64,000 bases of DNA from Pyrodictiaceae archaeon (GTDB taxonomy: Archaea; Thermoproteota; Thermoprotei_A; Sulfolobales; Pyrodictiaceae): contig JALVSY010000007.1 in NCBI GenBank assembly GCA_027036135.1, positions 228,880 to 292,879 on the forward strand, written 5' to 3'. Positions 58,606 to 64,000 of this stretch are shown piece after piece. The notes below the pieces were generated by a model. The model did no database searches and was not told where the DNA came from. It saw nothing but the letters and a program-made list of their open reading frames with translations. The position numbers and the translations under genes are program-made. Position 1 is the stretch's first letter; each line of letters opens with the position of its first letter.

Positions 58606-58767
58606 ATGCCAGGAGCACGCCCGTGCCCTGTTTGCGGTAAAGGCATGTTTAGGAGGAAAGTGCTGCTAGAGCACATTAAGCACGTGCATGGCTGGTACTT
58701 TAAGGAATTCATAGAGCCTAAGGGGAAGGGAGGAGGCGGTGGCAAGAAGAGGAAGGAGAAGTCCTAG
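58606..58767 (+). CDS. small C2H2 zinc-finger protein (53 aa), not in ORF track
   Basis: AGGTGAG SD; MPGARPCPVCGKGMFRRKVLLEHIKHVHGWYFKEFIEPKGKGGGGGKKRKEKS*; C-x2-C-x12-H-x4-H. Confidence 0.8.
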   Translation: MPGARPCPVCGKGMFRRKVLLEHIKHVHGWYFKEFIEPKGKGGGGGKKRKEKS

Positions 58768-58919
58768 CATCCTTTTCTGCGCTTTTTGTCTCATCTCATA
58801 CAATTCTCATAGATTTTATTATCTAAGTTCTTATCCCCCTGGAACACTTGTCTGCGTTGTTCCCGCAACCCTTAATATAAGAGCTATGCGTCTCATCTTT
58901 CCTACTTGGTTAGGCTCTA

Positions 58920-60224
58920 ATGCCTTCTAGTATTCTTAGTGGCCCCTTTAGCTCTGTTGCTATAGTGGGTGCTTCCCCAAAGACGTGGAAGATAGGGGGC
59001 CTTGTACTAAGGAACCTTATTAGCCGTAGATTCCGTGGACGTATTTACCCTGTTAATCCACGCTACGAGGAGATCATGGGGTATAAGTGCTATCCCAGCC
59101 TAGAGAGCCTGCCCGAGGTTCCAGATATTGTCGCTATAGCTGTGCCGGAAAAGGCTGCGCTCCAGGTTTCACGCGAGGCTGCGAGACTGGGTGTTAAGTT
59201 AGCCGTCGTATTCACGAGCGGTGGGCAAGGATTCACCACGAGTCTTAGAAAGCTTGCTAATGAGGCGGGTACACGGATTATAGGGCCTAATTCAGCCGGA
59301 TTAGTCATTGCCAGAGCTGGGCTTTACTTGACTATAGAGTATAGTGCGCCGCCTGGCTCCGTAGCTGTCGTGTCACAGAGCGGTGCTCTTGGCGGGGTAG
59401 CTATGCATTGGCTTAGTCTCTTGTCCTCGGGGGTCTCGTTCTTCACGAGCATTGGTAATATGAGCGATATTAGTGTCTGTGATACCTTTGAGTACGCGGC
59501 CAAGGATGAGGATACCGAGGCTCTTGTGGCCTATATTGAGTGGATACGTGATGGCCAACGCTATATGAGTGCTCTTCGCACACTAGCTAGCCGTGGGAAG
59601 CCAGTATGTATTGTGAAGGGAGGACGAGGCCCTAGGAGTAGTGAGGCTGTGAGAACGCATACCGGTGGCATAGCTACTAGCTACGAGGTGTTTTCTGCTG
59701 CAACGAGGCAGGCTGGAGGCGTTGTAGTGGATGATATCGCTGCAGCTGTGCTCCTATGTGAGGCGAAGAGGAGGCTGAAGCGTCTTGGGAGAAGAGTTGT
59801 CGTGGTTACTAACTCGGGCGGTCTTGGCGTGCTCGCGGCATCCCAGCTGGAGAATGCTGGCTATACCCTCCCGAGGCTTAGTAACAAGGTACTTAGCGAG
59901 ATAAAGAGGATTAAGCCGGAAGGTGTAGCAGGCGCTAACCCGATAGACTTGCAAGGTGATGCATCAATCACACAGCTCGTTGACGCCGCGCTACTATTAT
60001 CATCAAGCGCTATAGCTGATTTAGTCCTGCTCGGCTATGTGCCTACTAGTGCTGAGACCCCGGAGAAAGTATGCAAGGAGCTCACTAGGCTGGCTAGTGC
60101 GGAGAAGCCAGTCATCGTTCTGGCGGAGGGCTATGGCTCGCTTGAAATAACACGATGCGGCTCTAAGGCTGTGCTAGTTGTCCCAGGCACGGGATTGTTC
60201 TCAGCTATTCTCGGCAAGCTATAG
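58920..60224 (+). CDS. NDP-forming acyl-CoA synthetase alpha-subunit-like protein
   Basis: VAIVGAS, YPVNP, IIGPN, SQSGA, THTG (phospho-His), TNSGG and NPIDL motifs. Confidence 0.9.
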   Translation: MPSSILSGPFSSVAIVGASPKTWKIGGLVLRNLISRRFRGRIYPVNPRYEEIMGYKCYPSLESLPEVPDIVAIAVPEKAALQVSREAARLGVKLAVVFTSGGQGFTTSLRKLANEAGTRIIGPNSAGLVIARAGLYLTIEYSAPPGSVAVVSQSGALGGVAMHWLSLLSSGVSFFTSIGNMSDISVCDTFEYAAKDEDTEALVAYIEWIRDGQRYMSALRTLASRGKPVCIVKGGRGPRSSEAVRTHTGGIATSYEVFSAATRQAGGVVVDDIAAAVLLCEAKRRLKRLGRRVVVVTNSGGLGVLAASQLENAGYTLPRLSNKVLSEIKRIKPEGVAGANPIDLQGDASITQLVDAALLLSSSAIADLVLLGYVPTSAETPEKVCKELTRLASAEKPVIVLAEGYGSLEITRCGSKAVLVVPGTGLFSAILGKL

Positions 60225-61730
60225 TTCTTGGGGACCGAGAGCGCTATGTAGAAGTGCTTTACGCATCTTTTCCAAGATATTAGGCGGAATAGTTGTCATG
60301 AACGGTGCCATGTACTTGTACTTTGCTGCCTCAATTACCGCGTCTCTGTCCCCACCAGCATCCATGTATCCTTTTACGAGGCTTTCTGCGCGCTCTGCTG
60401 GGTTCTTGGTGTTATAGAGTAACGAATAGTATAGTGCGACTGCTATATCGAATGCTTTCTCGGATACCGTTCTTGCCTCCCTGGCTTGCTCGAGGTCAAC
60501 GAGGTATAGGTTCTTCCCGTCGTAGATAAAGTTGCTCGGATTAGTATCCCATAGACTTACTCCGTCGCGGTGTAATGATGCAAGTATTTCCCCAAGAGAA
60601 TAGAATAGGGACTCGGTATCACTCCCTTCCTGCAATATGATAGATAAGTCTTCCCCATCGATATAAGTATAGGCAGCTATTCGGCGCCGCGGATCCACAA
60701 GAATAGGTTTGGGAACATTGTACCCCAGCTCGCTTAGTAGCCTATTGTAATAGTACTCGTTGTTGAGCCTTGCACGAGTGCCGAGAATCGGCTTAGGAAG
60801 CGGGAGTGAGAGTATTACAGCCACTATCCACTTAAATGCAGTTATGTCGCGATACCTCTTCACAACTGCTGGCCGAATACCGTTTACCTCTAGTGTAACA
60901 GCACTACGCACTAGACCAGCTCTCTTTGTCATAGGCTTGTTCTTCTTTATTAACTTGCTCAGCCCGGTTAACGCGTATAACTGCTCATAGAAATCAAGTA
61001 GCTTCGTCGCAACATGGGCAGCGTCGAGCCGGGTAAGTAGCAGGGGGTCCCTTAGCAACGGATGCGGCTTATACGATATACTTTCTATTAGTAGTGACCC
61101 CGGTATAGCTTGTATAATCGAGGGGGAAGCTAGCTCTGTGGCAATACGCGTCATCGTTGCTATTCTTGTTGATATTTTCTTCTCGGCGCTCTTCCTGTCC
61201 TGCAACAAGTGCAATAACGATCCCAGCAGAATAAGCCTAGGAAACTGCTCGAAGCCCTCTTCCCTAAGACAATTATATACCATTCCGTGAAGCCAAGAAT
61301 AGTATTCATTATCTCTAAGATACTCGCTGAACACTATTTTAAACCATGTATAAATTGTTTGGAGCCTCGAGATCCTCGCCACTATGGGATAAATTGCCGA
61401 GACCAATAATCTCTCTGCGTTTCTTTGAAATATTTTCTTCAGACCACTATATTCCTCAACTAGTATTCGTAAATAGTACTCACAAAATAATTTCTCAGCA
61501 AGACTCTTGTCTCCTACTACGTCTAGTGGCTTAAGGAGAACGAATGGTGCTATAGTCTCGCCTAAAGCTGATTCATGTATGTCGCGGTTAAGGGTCTCAG
61601 CGCTTGTACCGAAGACTATTTCCTCGCCTTGCCTCGCTAGGCAATAACGTTCACTTTCTAGAAGCATAATCTCGAATGCATAGCTTCCCACACGGTACCG
61701 TAGACTTAGCAGCGGCTTTGGGCATTCCAC
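60219..61730 (-). CDS. atypical protein kinase (Bud32/RIO/Kdo-like C-terminal domain) with long N-terminal region
   Basis: VVKRY, NE, LH..G...WDTNPSNF and LVDLE motifs. Confidence 0.75.
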   Translation of the reverse strand: MECPKPLLSLRYRVGSYAFEIMLLESERYCLARQGEEIVFGTSAETLNRDIHESALGETIAPFVLLKPLDVVGDKSLAEKLFCEYYLRILVEEYSGLKKIFQRNAERLLVSAIYPIVARISRLQTIYTWFKIVFSEYLRDNEYYSWLHGMVYNCLREEGFEQFPRLILLGSLLHLLQDRKSAEKKISTRIATMTRIATELASPSIIQAIPGSLLIESISYKPHPLLRDPLLLTRLDAAHVATKLLDFYEQLYALTGLSKLIKKNKPMTKRAGLVRSAVTLEVNGIRPAVVKRYRDITAFKWIVAVILSLPLPKPILGTRARLNNEYYYNRLLSELGYNVPKPILVDPRRRIAAYTYIDGEDLSIILQEGSDTESLFYSLGEILASLHRDGVSLWDTNPSNFIYDGKNLYLVDLEQAREARTVSEKAFDIAVALYYSLLYNTKNPAERAESLVKGYMDAGGDRDAVIEAAKYKYMAPFMTTIPPNILEKMRKALLHSALGPQEL

Positions 61731-61902
61731 ACTTATTTCCCCTTCTCTATATTGGAGCTACTGGCTTAATTCTGGAGACCCGCTTGTAGAAAATATACTA
61801 GCATCATGTTCGTTATTTTTCCAGTTAAACGAAGTGGTCTAGAGAGGGCTAAATTACTAAAACTTTTACTGAACAGCAACTATAATTGGAGGTAAACAAG
61901 AC

Positions 61903-62352
61903 ATGATACTCCTTAGAAAAAGGAGGGCTATTCCACTCCGAGCTGAGGATGTAATGACCCAACCTCCTGTTACCGTAACGATGGATACTTCTTTGCGCAA
62001 AATATCCGAGATTATGATAGATAAACGAATAGGCAGCGTACTCGTAGTAGATGAGGAGGGAAAGCTTAGAGGTATAGTAACGGAGAGAGATATAGTATTT
62101 GCCTGCTCACAGGGATGGAATGCAGATGAGAGAAAAGCCTGGGAGGTAATGACGGAGAACCCTATTATCGTGAAGAGAGACGAGAATATACTTGAGGTAA
62201 TTAGGAAGATGAGAGACGTTAACGTGAGACACATACCCGTAGTAGATGAGGAAGGCAAACCTGTCGGTGTTATATCGTCGCGTGACGTACTAGACATAAT
62301 ATTGACTATCATGGGGCTTGCATCAGCTATTAAGGAGGCAGCTGGTCTCTGA
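61903..62352 (+). CDS. CBS domain pair protein
   Basis: Two CBS repeats (VVDEEGKL.GIVTERD; IPVVDEEGKPVGVIS.RD). Confidence 0.93.
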   Translation: MILLRKRRAIPLRAEDVMTQPPVTVTMDTSLRKISEIMIDKRIGSVLVVDEEGKLRGIVTERDIVFACSQGWNADERKAWEVMTENPIIVKRDENILEVIRKMRDVNVRHIPVVDEEGKPVGVISSRDVLDIILTIMGLASAIKEAAGL

Positions 62353-63409
62353 GAGCCTTTTCCACATTTTTCCTTGTTTCCTCAAAGTTTTCGAGAGCTT
62401 GGCTCCATATACTGTTGCTGCTCTTAGTGCTATCCTCGCTGTAAGGGTTTTGGAGCCCCAGTAACCCTGCTAGGAAGGCTGGAAGGGCCCTTTCTAACCC
62501 CTCTAGGTACCCGCCCTCAAATACTACGAGGTACTTGGCTCCCAGCTGTCTCAGCTTCATACCTATATGATAATAAGTAGTTGTTGATAAGTTAAGCAAG
62601 CCTAAACCATCATCTCGATATGCGTCAAAACCAGCGTCAATAACGACGTACTCTGGATACCCATAGATGTCTAGTACTAGGTCTAGCGCTTTATCGAAGA
62701 GGGCTATGTATGCATCATCGCCTGCACCTGGCGGAACTAGGATGTTTATTTTCGTGCCCTTAGCCTCTCCCTCGCCTATCTGCCAAGGCCACCCTGTACC
62801 AGGGTATATTGTTGAGGGATCCTGGTGTAGATCAAGGTGTATTATATCAGGGTTATCATACAATATTTCCTGAGTACCATTGCCGTGATGCAGGTCGAAG
62901 TCGATTACAAGGACCTTGCGGGGCCTCGATAGCCTTGCTAAGTGTACCGCTGTCAATGCTGATACATTGAATATGCAGAAGCCGAGTGTCGGTGCACCCA
63001 TTGCGACACCGTATCTACCTGCATGATGACCAGGCGGCCTACCTGGGACAAATACTACGCGGTATTTATTCTCGGCTAGCTCATTTGCACCGTCTAATAC
63101 CGCTTCCGCATAGCGGATGGCTGCCTGGAATGTATACTCGTTCGCATACGTGTCGGGATCGACGAGCCCGCCGCCTTTTTCTGATAGCTCACGTATTCTT
63201 GCCACGTATTCGCAGCTATGTATTTCACATAATCTCTCCTCGGTCCAGGGACTCAGCCTTGGAGAGCAATGGTCGGCTAATGTGTAAAGCCTAGTAGCTT
63301 TCAGTGCGCTTATTACCCTTGTGAGGCGCTGCGGGGACTCCATGTGCGCTCCAGTAGGGTCATCGTGGAGTTTGAAAACATCGTCGTATAGGATGAGCAT
63401 TTCGTGCAT
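62330..63409 (-). CDS. histone deacetylase / AcuC family zinc deacetylase
   Basis: H.E.P.R, RPPGHHA, GFCIFN, DFDLHHGNGTQ, AGFDA and EGGY motifs. Confidence 0.95.
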   Translation of the reverse strand: MHEMLILYDDVFKLHDDPTGAHMESPQRLTRVISALKATRLYTLADHCSPRLSPWTEERLCEIHSCEYVARIRELSEKGGGLVDPDTYANEYTFQAAIRYAEAVLDGANELAENKYRVVFVPGRPPGHHAGRYGVAMGAPTLGFCIFNVSALTAVHLARLSRPRKVLVIDFDLHHGNGTQEILYDNPDIIHLDLHQDPSTIYPGTGWPWQIGEGEAKGTKINILVPPGAGDDAYIALFDKALDLVLDIYGYPEYVVIDAGFDAYRDDGLGLLNLSTTTYYHIGMKLRQLGAKYLVVFEGGYLEGLERALPAFLAGLLGLQNPYSEDSTKSSNSIWSQALENFEETRKNVEKALRDQLPP

Positions 63410-63550
63410 CGCGTCTAGCCCCGTATAAAACGGTAGAGCTTCAATGGGTAGAAAAGTGCTTACTATGGGGTTGTGATGAAAATAATTGTGGAAAAGCGTA
63501 GAGTAAATGTTCTTGGCCGACGTTGAGGTAAAAATATTCCGTGCCGAGCG

Positions 63551-64000
63551 CTAGTAGGGTGTTATAAAGTCCTCGGGCTTTGGCGGCTCTGGTGGTAGTC
63601 CTTTCCTCTCCCTGATCTTCCTTATTAAGTCCATCAGCATGTTGTCTGGTACTGGTGCCCATCTGCTGAACTCTGTGCCCCAGAAGGCTCTGCCCTGGGT
63701 AGCGCTTCTTAGCTCAGCTGCTAAGTCGAAGCTCTCCGCCACTGGTATCTCCGCGATAACTCTCATTACCACACCGTGCTCTTTCATGTCTATTATCTTT
63801 CCACGCTTCCTGGATATTACCGCTATTACGTTGCTTAGGTACTCTTGCGGCACGCGTATATCTAGCTTCTGTATCGGCTCTAGAAGCGTTGGCTTCGAGG
63901 TTAGTATGCCAGCGTAGATAGCGTTTCTCACTGCTGGGTAGATCTGGGCTGGTCCTCTGTGCGCTGGGTCCTCATGTATAACTGCATCGTGGAGAATTAC
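63551..64000 (-). CDS. fusA: translation elongation factor 2, C-terminal part (truncated by window)
   Basis: [12 protein letters not shown] (diphthamide loop region), PTLLEP, PVAESF and LRSATQGRA motifs. Confidence 0.96.
   Translation of the reverse strand, partial: VILHDAVIHEDPAHRGPAQIYPAVRNAIYAGILTSKPTLLEPIQKLDIRVPQEYLSNVIAVISRKRGKIIDMKEHGVVMRVIAEIPVAESFDLAAELRSATQGRAFWGTEFSRWAPVPDNMLMDLIRKIRERKGLPPEPPKPEDFITPY

Noticed and set aside
63473-63525. Possible C/D box sRNA (GTGATGA ... CCGA)
   Set aside because: No canonical D or D' boxes and AT-rich guide regions; it overlaps the expected EF-2 terminator and deacetylase promoter region.
1-64000. CRISPR array or cas genes
   Set aside because: No regularly spaced direct repeats or cas-like ORFs were seen, including near the TnpB-like gene.

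Overview
Gene-dense chromosomal segment of a hyperthermophilic crenarchaeote. The crenarchaeal-type SSB, PaREP1 genes, frequent TTG/GTG starts and the BHB-intron tRNA suggest Desulfurococcales, possibly Pyrodictiaceae (inference). Housekeeping and metabolic content: an ABC-2 exporter, an acetate module (Pat-like GNAT divergent from acs-satP), ferritin, tRNA-Gly(CCC), a 2H phosphoesterase, a Tat-exported respiratory nitrate reductase operon (narG-narH-heme b subunit-membrane protein-narJ), a CoA-disulfide reductase, an oligopeptide ABC operon, ssb, cdd, gatB, gcvT, trpS, intron-containing tRNA-Gln(TTG), cofE-like, hemL-hemC-cobA-hemD, an ACD alpha-like protein, an HDAC-family protein and the 3' end of EF-2. 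Accessory content: (i) a ~4 kb defence-like island at the tRNA-Gly 3' end (orphan PD-(D/E)XK nuclease, two PaREP1 genes, one intact and one decayed VapBC pair); (ii) a frameshifted, zinc-finger-less TnpB-like RuvC gene preceded by a separate, highly structured ~190 nt GC-rich segment, the best candidate here for an unusual RNA-guided system; (iii) a DUF5591-like plus radical SAM/HhH gene pair. I also read two small ORFs that are below the ORF-track cutoff and two further candidate structured RNAs. All family assignments come from motif recognition by eye; no database search or folding program was run.
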